This document shows, in pieces, positions 38,389 through 47,157 of a stretch of 64,000 nt of DNA. Positions within the stretch are counted from its first letter, which is position 1; each line of letters opens with the position of its first letter. The notes below the pieces were generated by a model. It saw nothing but the letters and a program-made list of their open reading frames with translations, ran no database searches and was not told the DNA's origin. The DNA is from a virus (Duplodnaviria > Caudoviricetes): the IMG/VR virus record IMGVR_UViG_3300047375_000738; one strand, given 5' to 3'. The translations under genes were made by a program, and so were the position numbers.

Positions 38389-40253
38389 TAACTATACAAC
38401 GGAATAAATTTTGTCTCGCCATTTACTGTTGCCTGTAACCAGCTATCTGGTGTGCTTGTATTACTTGGTGTTACACCTGTTTCGCCTGATACTTTAAATT
38501 CATTAAGTGTAGTAGCTAGTTTACCTTCGCTGTCGAGGATCATATAATTTACACTATAATCTTGTGCTTGTGTTTGAAAAACAAGTTCGCCTGGTGCCCC
38601 ACGCTGATCTCCAGCATTTACATCAAAAGTTGCTCCATCAGGAATTCTGCCATATATGTTTGCAACAAGAGCAAATTTCTCACCTCCCTCCATGTTATCC
38701 ATTGTACTATCTTCGTAGTCTTCGTTAACATCAATTGCTGCTGCCCAGCCAATTGAAGGTAGTTTATGTCCAGCTTCAACGGATTCAGGCGCAAGCCATG
38801 TTCCGCCTACTGCTTCGAGACGTACTCCTTGCTGAATCCAATCCGGAATGTTTGGACTAACATTTCTAAAAAACTTACCACTCAAGCAAGGATTACTATA
38901 TATTGATTCAACTACAACTGATATACCATCAGATTTAATTTGTACACTATCCATGTCGATGTCAGTACATATAACATTGTCTGAGTATAGTGTACGAGTT
39001 GATAGTGTGTTTGCACTTGGGTCAAATACTTCCAATCCGTTGTTGTCAAACAAATATCCAGTTAAACTTACATTTGACCAATGTTTTGTTGTTGCATCAA
39101 ACAATGTTCCGTCGTTGTGTGTAATATTACCAGCAAAGGATCCATCTAGATGACCAAACAGTTCTGTTGCTCTTACTCTACGCGAACTCCACATATCAGA
39201 ACTAGCGTCATACGCATAAGTCTGATCTTCGTTAAGTATGTTACCAGTAAAGTTACCGTATACATTTGCAGTAATAGGTTGTTCAAATTCACCTCTAACT
39301 ACGTCAAAAATAGTGTCTTGTGTGTTTGGATGAATAATATTACCAGCAAGCGAAGTAGCCACTGAATTATTCACTACGCCGTAAAATATACCAGTGTTAT
39401 AATCTAATAGTACAGCTCCGTGAGCATCGAGAATATTAGCTTTTACTTTTGGATTAGTGATACTAGTTGACAATATTGTATTTCCGGCTTCATCAGAAAT
39501 ATTGCCAACAAAAGTTCCGTAAAAACTTTCACTGTCGTTATTATATAGTATGTCTCCGCTATTTCTTCCAATAATATTACCAACTAAGTCGCCACGGTAT
39601 TGTCCGTTGGTTTGATCAATAAGTAAACTGCCGTCTGACATACTACGTATGCTACCACTAAATACTCCGTGAAACGTTCCGTTGTCGTGGTCGAGAAGTA
39701 CAGCACCACTTGGGTCAATTATATCGCCTTGTAAACTTGCATTTTTAAATAATCGATCAGCAGTATTAAATACTTGAGCACCATTAGATGCATACATATT
39801 TCCGCTTAATGATGCACGTAATACAGGTTCGTCTGCATCCATAGCAAGTATAACAGAGTCTAGACTATCTTTAAGGTCGCCATGAAAGTTGCCTTTGAAC
39901 GTGCGTGTTTCTAAATCAAATCCGACATATCCGTTAGCTCCGATAATGTTTGCTTGGAGAGGTACATTAACTGATTGACTGTCAATGATAGTATCGCCAA
40001 ATGTATCTATCATTGAACCTCGTAGTTTTCCAGAAAACTGTCTAGTATCTGGATCGTATGCAATATTATTTGTACTATCAAAAACTGATCCAACTAATGA
40101 TCCGTAAAATTTAGCTGCTTCAGTATCGACAACAATTGTGTCTACACTGTTTGAAAGGCTTGCACTAATTCTTCCTGTATTGCTATCTACAATAATTGAG
40201 CTATCTGCTCCAACAATATCGATTCTATATTGTCCACCTTCGTATAATTCCAT
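38388..40253 (-). CDS. Repetitive trimeric fibre-like virion protein (621 aa)
   Basis: Many ~22-25 aa GxF/LxGxLxGxIxD repeats, C-terminal WLQATVNGETKFIPLYS cap. Preceded by TATAAATA and AGGAG. Confidence 0.6.
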   Translation of the reverse strand: MELYEGGQYRIDIVGADSSIIVDSNTGRISASLSNSVDTIVVDTEAAKFYGSLVGSVFDSTNNIAYDPDTRQFSGKLRGSMIDTFGDTIIDSQSVNVPLQANIIGANGYVGFDLETRTFKGNFHGDLKDSLDSVILAMDADEPVLRASLSGNMYASNGAQVFNTADRLFKNASLQGDIIDPSGAVLLDHDNGTFHGVFSGSIRSMSDGSLLIDQTNGQYRGDLVGNIIGRNSGDILYNNDSESFYGTFVGNISDEAGNTILSTSITNPKVKANILDAHGAVLLDYNTGIFYGVVNNSVATSLAGNIIHPNTQDTIFDVVRGEFEQPITANVYGNFTGNILNEDQTYAYDASSDMWSSRRVRATELFGHLDGSFAGNITHNDGTLFDATTKHWSNVSLTGYLFDNNGLEVFDPSANTLSTRTLYSDNVICTDIDMDSVQIKSDGISVVVESIYSNPCLSGKFFRNVSPNIPDWIQQGVRLEAVGGTWLAPESVEAGHKLPSIGWAAAIDVNEDYEDSTMDNMEGGEKFALVANIYGRIPDGATFDVNAGDQRGAPGELVFQTQAQDYSVNYMILDSEGKLATTLNEFKVSGETGVTPSNTSTPDSWLQATVNGETKFIPLYS

Positions 40254-40270
40254 GGCACTCTCCTATACAT

Positions 40271-40278
40271 TATTTATA
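40271..40278 (-). promoter_or_regulatory. T4-type late promoter TATAAATA
   Basis: Exact box, followed by AGGAGAG and ATG 40253. Confidence 0.65.
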
Positions 40279-40291
40279 GGTTTTTTTGGAC

Positions 40292-40320
40292 TTGACATAC
40301 CGTTTAGAATCATATATAAT
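40292..40320 (+). promoter_or_regulatory. Consensus sigma70 promoter, leaderless
   Basis: TTGACA, 17 nt, TATAAT, then 6 nt to ATG 40327. Confidence 0.8.
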
Positions 40321-40326
40321 GTAATT

Positions 40327-42246
40327 ATGTTTGATATTGTATTTGTAGGAACCAACGAAGAACAGTTTAACAAACTCAAGCAAAAAGTCTTTATTGCAAA
40401 AAAAGCCGATAGTGTTGAAAAAGCACAGCAAATTAGCCTAACTAAATTTCTTTGGATTGTGTATGACGATTTAGAAATTGCAAATGACTTTGAGTTTGAT
40501 TACACTCCTGACGACTGGAGTCAAGATGTTGCACATGTTTTTTTAAATGGCAAAGACTACGATGGTATATCTCTTATACCCAAGCATATAAAATTTAATG
40601 TAAAAGAAACACAGCATAGATTTTATGTACAAAGTAAAAAAGTTGAAGTACTAGCAAGTAATCCTGTTGCATATGATCATTTCTATGTAGATACATACGA
40701 AGAATATTTACATGCAATGCAAACATCAAAAACAGAAATGTTTTGGATAGATAGTCGTAATATTAAATCTACATTACCGGACATTTATTTTACACACCAC
40801 GACACATACAATCGAAAGGAAAATCATGCATTTATACATGATGTTAATGAGCGGAGAATATACAACGGCTTATTTTTATGTTCAAGACAAAAATCACTCA
40901 GTGAAAAAGAAATAAACTTTAGACATTTGGTAAGTCGTAAAGAATGGGATATAGTTGGTTCGACTGCAACAACTTATGATGTTTTTGAAATAGATACATA
41001 CGATGACTATTTGTATGCACTTGAAAATAGTAAAACAGAAATGTTTTGGATGAGTAGTGCAAATATTAGCGTTGACCTTCCTGATATATATTTTACACAT
41101 GACAATGCGTATGACAGAATGACTAACCACTCTTTCTTACACGTTAACAATAAACGCAATGGTTTGTTTTTGTTGTCAAAGCACAAGCAAGTGACCAAGC
41201 GAGAAATAGAGCACCGGCACATAGTTGGTTGTAAAGAATGGGATATAGTCGGTAGTGGACCGATTGAGTATGCAAAGTACTATCCTAAAGTATACGAAGA
41301 CTATCTTGATGCGTTACAAAATTCGCCCACTGAAATGTTTTGGATTATTCCACCTTATGTAAATCCAACAGCACGTTTTGCATTTGACACTTACTTTACA
41401 CACGATCAAACATATGACAGAAAAATTAACCATGCATATCTTAATGGAAAGTATCATGACGGCATAGTATTGTGTAGTAAGAACGGCAAGTTTAGTAGGC
41501 GAGAGTTTGACTATAAGTTTATTGCAAACAAAAAAGAAGTAAACATTGCAATTAGTACACCCAAGCCATATGATATAGTTTTTATTAGTTACCAAGAACC
41601 AAATGCTGATGAAAATTATGAACGTATACTTCAACGCTTTCCTCGATGTAAACGTGTACATGGAGTAAAAGGTATCCACCAAGCACATATTGCAGGCGCA
41701 AAATTATGCAACACAGAGTTGTTTTGGATTATTGATGGAGATGCAACTATTGTAGATGACTTTAACTTTGATTACCAAGTTGCACGTTGGGACAAAGAAA
41801 TGGTACATGTATGGCGCAGTCAAAATCCAATCAATGATATGGTATATGGGTATGGCGGTGTAAAACTATTTCCAACTGACTTGACTATCAATATGGATAC
41901 TAGCAAGCCTGACATGACAACTAGTATTAGTACTAAGTTCAAAGCAGTGCATGACATAAGCAACATTACTGCATTCAATACAGATGCATTTAATAGTTTT
42001 AAAAGTGCATTTAGAGAATGTACAAAACTTAGTAGTAAAGTAATTGATAGGCAAAAGAACGAAGAAACAGAAGAACGTTTGCGTATTTGGACAACAGTAG
42101 GAAAAGATCGTCCTTATGGAGAGGATGCTATTAGAGGTGCAAGAGAAGGCGCAGCATATGGCATGGCCAATCAAGGCAACACCGAAGCTCTCAAAAAGAT
42201 AAACGACTTTGATTGGTTAAAGGAGCAATTTGATGGAAACATTTGA
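40327..42246 (+). CDS. Multi-repeat GT-A glycosyltransferase-like protein
   Basis: Start reassigned to ATG 40327 from the promoter position. Four degenerate ~100-aa units, then an intact YDIVFISYQEPNA..RVHGV..WIIDGDA domain. Confidence 0.7.
   Translation: MFDIVFVGTNEEQFNKLKQKVFIAKKADSVEKAQQISLTKFLWIVYDDLEIANDFEFDYTPDDWSQDVAHVFLNGKDYDGISLIPKHIKFNVKETQHRFYVQSKKVEVLASNPVAYDHFYVDTYEEYLHAMQTSKTEMFWIDSRNIKSTLPDIYFTHHDTYNRKENHAFIHDVNERRIYNGLFLCSRQKSLSEKEINFRHLVSRKEWDIVGSTATTYDVFEIDTYDDYLYALENSKTEMFWMSSANISVDLPDIYFTHDNAYDRMTNHSFLHVNNKRNGLFLLSKHKQVTKREIEHRHIVGCKEWDIVGSGPIEYAKYYPKVYEDYLDALQNSPTEMFWIIPPYVNPTARFAFDTYFTHDQTYDRKINHAYLNGKYHDGIVLCSKNGKFSRREFDYKFIANKKEVNIAISTPKPYDIVFISYQEPNADENYERILQRFPRCKRVHGVKGIHQAHIAGAKLCNTELFWIIDGDATIVDDFNFDYQVARWDKEMVHVWRSQNPINDMVYGYGGVKLFPTDLTINMDTSKPDMTTSISTKFKAVHDISNITAFNTDAFNSFKSAFRECTKLSSKVIDRQKNEETEERLRIWTTVGKDRPYGEDAIRGAREGAAYGMANQGNTEALKKINDFDWLKEQFDGNI
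40672..41568 (+). repeat. Three ~100-aa intragenic tandem repeats
   Basis: Units start at 40672, 40975 and 41269 (Y..Y..A...S.TEMFW...YFTH...Y.R..NH...KEWDIVGS). Confidence 0.85.
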
Positions 42247-43198
42247 ATTACTAGATAGATTTGAATTACTCTATCCGACTAATTCAAAGTTATCAGATCT
42301 ACGCAGAGTATATATTGATCATGATTTAAGTAGTTTATTTAGATTGTTAAATGCAGATGAAGAATTGCGCAAAGCAATAATGGAAGAAAACTTGCACAGT
42401 ATTTTTAGAACTATAGATAGTCACGATACTGAAGATCTACGCAAAGCTGTTATAGAAAAAAATTTACATAGCATTTTTAGAATTCTTGGTGATGATGATT
42501 TGCGCAAACTTGTATTAGAAGATAACATATATAAGTTATGGCCAATTCTTGATAGATATGTAAATACACAATTTACAGCAGCCTTTAAAAACTTTTTTGT
42601 AAACGAAACAGAAATATGGAATGATTGTTTTAGTAGAGGGCAGCTAGAAAGTAAATTATGGCTAGTAAATGAACTTGACAAGTTGGATGTAGAACTAGGA
42701 ACAGTGTTTTTATGTGCAGGATGGTATGCTACACTTGCAGTAATGTTATTTGAAAGTAACATTAAGTTAGATAATGTTAGATCTTTCGACATAGATCCAA
42801 GATGTGTAGATATTGCAGAAGTGTTTAACAAGCCTTGGGTAATGAAAGATTGGAAATTTAAATCATCAATACAAGACATATATAATATAAATTATAATCA
42901 ACATACATATGCTGTCAAACGCAGCGACGGTAGTCAGGTAAATTTAACAGACTCTCCTAATACTGTTATAAACACAAGTTGCGAACATATTGAAAACTTT
43001 GAAGAATGGTATGCAAAGATTCCTACTGGTAAATTAGTTGTATTACAAAGTAATAATTATTATGAAGTGCAAGAACATGTTAATTGTGTTAGAAGTATAG
43101 AAGAGTTTGCAGTAAAAGCACCTATGAATAATATTTTATATAGTGGCGAATTAGAACTGCCCAAGTACAAGAGGTTTATGTTAATTGGATATAAGTAA
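42233..43198 (+). CDS. SAM-dependent methyltransferase-like protein with N-terminal helical repeats
   Basis: AGGAG plus ATG 42233. LCAGWY, SFDID, INTSCEH. Confidence 0.6.
   Translation: METFELLDRFELLYPTNSKLSDLRRVYIDHDLSSLFRLLNADEELRKAIMEENLHSIFRTIDSHDTEDLRKAVIEKNLHSIFRILGDDDLRKLVLEDNIYKLWPILDRYVNTQFTAAFKNFFVNETEIWNDCFSRGQLESKLWLVNELDKLDVELGTVFLCAGWYATLAVMLFESNIKLDNVRSFDIDPRCVDIAEVFNKPWVMKDWKFKSSIQDIYNINYNQHTYAVKRSDGSQVNLTDSPNTVINTSCEHIENFEEWYAKIPTGKLVVLQSNNYYEVQEHVNCVRSIEEFAVKAPMNNILYSGELELPKYKRFMLIGYK
42290..42541 (+). repeat. Four ~20-aa repeats (D/E)LRKAxxExNLHSIFR
   Basis: Visible in the translation, units 2 and 3 nearly identical. Confidence 0.75.
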
Positions 43199-43415
43199 TT
43201 TAACACTAAGAGAAATGCAACTAGAAAGTGCTAGAGCATTAAGCACCATGGAAGCTACTAACAATAACATATGGATGTTCAATAAAGAAGCACATCATAA
43301 CAGTCATAACTGGTACTTGGCAGTTGTGCATTGGTATATTAATGAGTATGGTGATCTGCCTAGCAAAACAGGACCTGGTAAAGAAGTAAAGTTGGTATTA
43401 GATGATAGTAGATAA
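43185..43415 (+). CDS. Small hypothetical protein (76 aa)
   Basis: Overlaps both neighbours by 14 nt and fills the gap exactly. Confidence 0.7.
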   Translation: MDISNLTLREMQLESARALSTMEATNNNIWMFNKEAHHNSHNWYLAVVHWYINEYGDLPSKTGPGKEVKLVLDDSR

Positions 43416-44124
43416 TTTGCCATTTTTTGCAGTAAGGGACTCAGAAGAATACACCTTTGAATCTAGAAGTGAAAAACAAAATTGGAAAAAATTAAAAAAA
43501 TCATTAGGCCCTGCATGGAAATATTATGACTCTAAAACATATCCTATTGTTACAACAATTAACAAACTAGGGTATAGGAGTAAAACAGTTTATCCTACTG
43601 ACGAATACTATGTTGCACTAGGATGTAGTAATACATTTGGACAATATCTGCATGAAGAAGACCGATACAGTAATATTATCGAAAGAAAAACAGGTATACC
43701 CGTTATTAATTTAGGAATATGCGGCGGATCATCTACTTGTGTATTTACAAATTTGATCAAGTTACTGTTTAGCAAATACCCTAATCCGAAAGCAGCAATT
43801 ATACAATGGCCAGAGCAAAATAGAATATCTTTGCATGGTGAAAAGGGAATTGATGTAGTACATGCACGAATTCCTGATCAATCTGTATTTGAGTTTTTTG
43901 TAAAAGATAATAGTCTAGAAGTAATGTCTAAATTTTTCTATGACTTAACGCACAAAATATGCGATATACCTATTATTGAATTTGCATTAAATGATTGGGT
44001 AGCTGATTTTTATGGAGTGGATGAAATTGCTCGAGTAGATAAAGCAAGAGATAATCGGCACTGTGGTACAAAAACTAATGAAGCAATTGCTAAGTACACA
44101 TTAAAGAGATTAGAAAATGTATAA
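43402..44124 (+). CDS. SGNH-like protein, paralog of 14720..15496
   Basis: NKLGYRS, LGCSNTFG, NLGICGGS, QWP, DNRHCG. Confidence 0.65.
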   Translation: MIVDNLPFFAVRDSEEYTFESRSEKQNWKKLKKSLGPAWKYYDSKTYPIVTTINKLGYRSKTVYPTDEYYVALGCSNTFGQYLHEEDRYSNIIERKTGIPVINLGICGGSSTCVFTNLIKLLFSKYPNPKAAIIQWPEQNRISLHGEKGIDVVHARIPDQSVFEFFVKDNSLEVMSKFFYDLTHKICDIPIIEFALNDWVADFYGVDEIARVDKARDNRHCGTKTNEAIAKYTLKRLENV

Positions 44125-45196
44125 CTATAAAGATATTAAAACAATTCATTTAGAAAACACACAGAACTGTCAAGCTAGTTGTCCAATGTGTGATCGCAAT
44201 CAAAACGGCGGTGCAGTAAATCCACATATTGATCTCAGTGAACTTACACTTGAAGATTGTAAACGTATTTTTGAGCCAGAATTTATTAAGCAGTTAAAAA
44301 CAATATATATGTGTGGTAACTTGGGTGATCCTATTGTTGCAAGAGACACATTAGAAATATTCCGTTACTTTAGAGAGCATAACAAAGACATGTGGCTGAG
44401 TATGAATACTAATGCAGGAGCAAGAGATGAAGCGTGGTGGAGTGAATTGGCCCAAGTCTTTGGTAGAATGGGCACTGTTATTTTCAGTGTGGACGGTCTT
44501 AGTGACACTAATCATATTTACAGGCAGGGTGTTAGCTGGGATGCAGTAGAACGGGCTATGAAAAGTTTTATTGCTGCTGGCGGTAGAGCTCGTTGGGACT
44601 TTTTGATCTTTGAACACAATCAGCATCAAGTAGATGAAGCAGAAGCACTCAGCAAAGAGATGGGCTTTGAAAGGTTTCAAGCAAAGAAAACTGGAAGATT
44701 TGTTACTGCTAAAACTGAAAAGAAAGAATCGCATCAAGCAGTTGACAAAAAGGGCAACAAAACTGCCGAACTTAAAAAACCAGATGAAAAATATCTCAAC
44801 AAAGCACTAAGCAAACAGGATGCACTGTTAGAAAAATACGGTAGCATGGATGCATACTATGATGTTGTACCTATCAACTGCAAAGTAAAAGATGAAGGCA
44901 ACTTGTTTATTACAGCAGAAGGATTGGCACTTCCTTGTTGCTGGACTGCTGGAAGAATGTACAAGTGGTGGAACAAAGATTATAGACAAGAACAGATATG
45001 GGATTTTATAGATGCTGTTGGAGGCAAAGATGCGTTGAATGCAAAAACACACGGCTTGAAAGCAGTATTTGAAACAGGCATCTTTGATGATATTGAACGC
45101 AGTTGGAACAAATCAAGTTGTGCTGATGGTAAACTTAAAGTGTGTAGCATGAAATGCGGAATCGAGTTTGATCCTTTTGCAGAACAGTTCAAATAA
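44117..45196 (+). CDS. Radical SAM protein with C-terminal twitch
   Basis: CQASCPMC, CGNLGDP, INC..PCC..CSMKC. Confidence 0.9.
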   Translation: MYNYKDIKTIHLENTQNCQASCPMCDRNQNGGAVNPHIDLSELTLEDCKRIFEPEFIKQLKTIYMCGNLGDPIVARDTLEIFRYFREHNKDMWLSMNTNAGARDEAWWSELAQVFGRMGTVIFSVDGLSDTNHIYRQGVSWDAVERAMKSFIAAGGRARWDFLIFEHNQHQVDEAEALSKEMGFERFQAKKTGRFVTAKTEKKESHQAVDKKGNKTAELKKPDEKYLNKALSKQDALLEKYGSMDAYYDVVPINCKVKDEGNLFITAEGLALPCCWTAGRMYKWWNKDYRQEQIWDFIDAVGGKDALNAKTHGLKAVFETGIFDDIERSWNKSSCADGKLKVCSMKCGIEFDPFAEQFK

Positions 45197-45206
45197 GTAT
45201 TATATA

Positions 45207-45758
45207 ATGGAAAATCTAACTACCTATAAAAGTAATAAAAAATTTTTAGAAGAAAGGTACAATCTAATAGCCAGTGGCACTAATAAAAAAGTTTATTACA
45301 ACGGTAATAATAATATTGTTTTCAAACTATTTGAAAATCCTAATATATTGGAAGGCGAAATAGTAAGATACCAAATACTAATTGAGAACAATATAAACTT
45401 TTTTACACCAAAATTAAAAATTGTTAATAAATTTGTTTGTGTAAGTCAATTTGCTGCACCAATAAAATTAAAAGATAACCACCGAGTTGCTTACAATTAT
45501 AATATAGCTATTATGGATCCTCAACTTGTATTTCTCAAAACAGATCCAATTAAAAACACAATGTGGAAGAATGTTTGCAATGAAACAGTAGATAGTAAAG
45601 GACTTACTCCTATCTATAATTGGGGAATTAGGAATAACAAAATATTGCTTTTAGATATAGAAACAATTTTGCATAATAAGGTAGTTGATTTTTTCAAGGA
45701 TAGTCAAATTATTGATAAATTTAGAGAAGTAATGCGAGCAGATCAATACTATGAATAA
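45207..45758 (+). CDS. Kinase-like hypothetical protein (tentative)
   Basis: IASGTNKKVY..VFKL and NWG..ILLLDIE. Very AT-rich. Start reassigned to ATG 45207. Confidence 0.4.
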   Translation: MENLTTYKSNKKFLEERYNLIASGTNKKVYYNGNNNIVFKLFENPNILEGEIVRYQILIENNINFFTPKLKIVNKFVCVSQFAAPIKLKDNHRVAYNYNIAIMDPQLVFLKTDPIKNTMWKNVCNETVDSKGLTPIYNWGIRNNKILLLDIETILHNKVVDFFKDSQIIDKFREVMRADQYYE

Positions 45759-47157
45759 TAAAGTAAGTGATACATTTTGTTTATTACCCTGGGTGCATCT
45801 AAGCACAAGACCAGATGGTAGTATGCGAGTATGTTGTACAGCAAATGCAAGTTCAGTTGGCCCTACCAACGATAAAGCACACGGCGGGCAAGTAGGTATT
45901 CTTAAAGATGATGAAGGAAGACCTAACAACTTAAACGTTAGTGATTTTCAAACAGCATGGAATAGCGAGTATATGAAAAATGTTCGCAAGCAAATGCTCA
46001 ACGGAGAAAAGCCGCCAAGTTGCTTGAAGTGCTACAAAGAAGAAGCTGCTGGACATCGCAGCAAACGCATGTGGGAAACACACTATTGGAGTGAGCGTGT
46101 AGATGTAGATAAAATACTACAAGAAACAAACGAGGACGGCAGTGTTCCGCCTAACTTAGCATATATTGATTTGCGGTTTGGCACAAAGTGTCAGTTAGCA
46201 TGTGTAATGTGTAGTCCACATGACAGTAGTGGCTGGATAAAGGATTATAAAAAGATTTTTCCTGAAGTAAAAAATGAATCACTCAAAGAGATTATGCAGT
46301 GGGACAACAAAGGCAGCACTAATGGCAGTAGTTATAATTGGCACAAGCAAAATCCTGTATTCTGGCAACAGTTTTATGAACAGATGCCTAGTATGCAACA
46401 AATTTATTTTGCTGGTGGTGAAAGTCTTATTATTGAAGAACACTATGAAATACTTGAACATGCAATTAAAATGGGTTATGCAAAAGATCTTGAACTGCGA
46501 TATAACTCAAACGGAGTTGAGTGGAGAGAGGATTTATTTGATCTGTGGAAAGAATTCAAATTAGTACGATTCCACTATTCAATAGACAGCATTAAAGAGA
46601 TGAACGATTACATTCGTTATCCAAGTGAATGGAAACGACAAGAAGAAGTATTTCACATTCTTGATACACAAACTACAGATAATGTTGAAATCACTATAGC
46701 GTGTGCAGTACAAGCACTTAATGTATATTACTTGCCAGACTTTATTCAATGGAAGCTAGAGAAGAAGTTTAAAAAGATTAACATGTGGCCATTTGGCGCA
46801 GGCGGTATTAGTCAGCACTTTGTATATTGGCCTGCACATCTAAATGTCAAGAGCTTGCCTGCAGACTTCAAAGCTAAGTGCAGAGCAAAATACGAAGCAT
46901 GGTATCCCTGGTGGGAAGCTAATTGGGAGCTAGGTATTCCGGATTGGCACAAAGGTAAAGTAGAGTACGAACAGTGGCGAAGTGCTGAATATGGTATTAA
47001 AAGACTAAATGGTATTCTCAGTTTTATGGAAAGCGAAGACTGGAGCCAACGCTTGCCCGAGATGAAAGAGTTTTTAGGATTATGTGATCGGCAACGTGGA
47101 AACAGTTTCGATGAAACATTTCCAGAGATGAAAGATATTTTTAAGGATATAGAATGA
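45751..47157 (+). CDS. Radical SAM protein with N-terminal twitch domain, close paralog of 23234..24613
   Basis: FCLLPWVHLSTRPDG..CCTANAS, CQLACVMCSPHDSS, AGGES. Confidence 0.9.
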   Translation: MNNKVSDTFCLLPWVHLSTRPDGSMRVCCTANASSVGPTNDKAHGGQVGILKDDEGRPNNLNVSDFQTAWNSEYMKNVRKQMLNGEKPPSCLKCYKEEAAGHRSKRMWETHYWSERVDVDKILQETNEDGSVPPNLAYIDLRFGTKCQLACVMCSPHDSSGWIKDYKKIFPEVKNESLKEIMQWDNKGSTNGSSYNWHKQNPVFWQQFYEQMPSMQQIYFAGGESLIIEEHYEILEHAIKMGYAKDLELRYNSNGVEWREDLFDLWKEFKLVRFHYSIDSIKEMNDYIRYPSEWKRQEEVFHILDTQTTDNVEITIACAVQALNVYYLPDFIQWKLEKKFKKINMWPFGAGGISQHFVYWPAHLNVKSLPADFKAKCRAKYEAWYPWWEANWELGIPDWHKGKVEYEQWRSAEYGIKRLNGILSFMESEDWSQRLPEMKEFLGLCDRQRGNSFDETFPEMKDIFKDIE

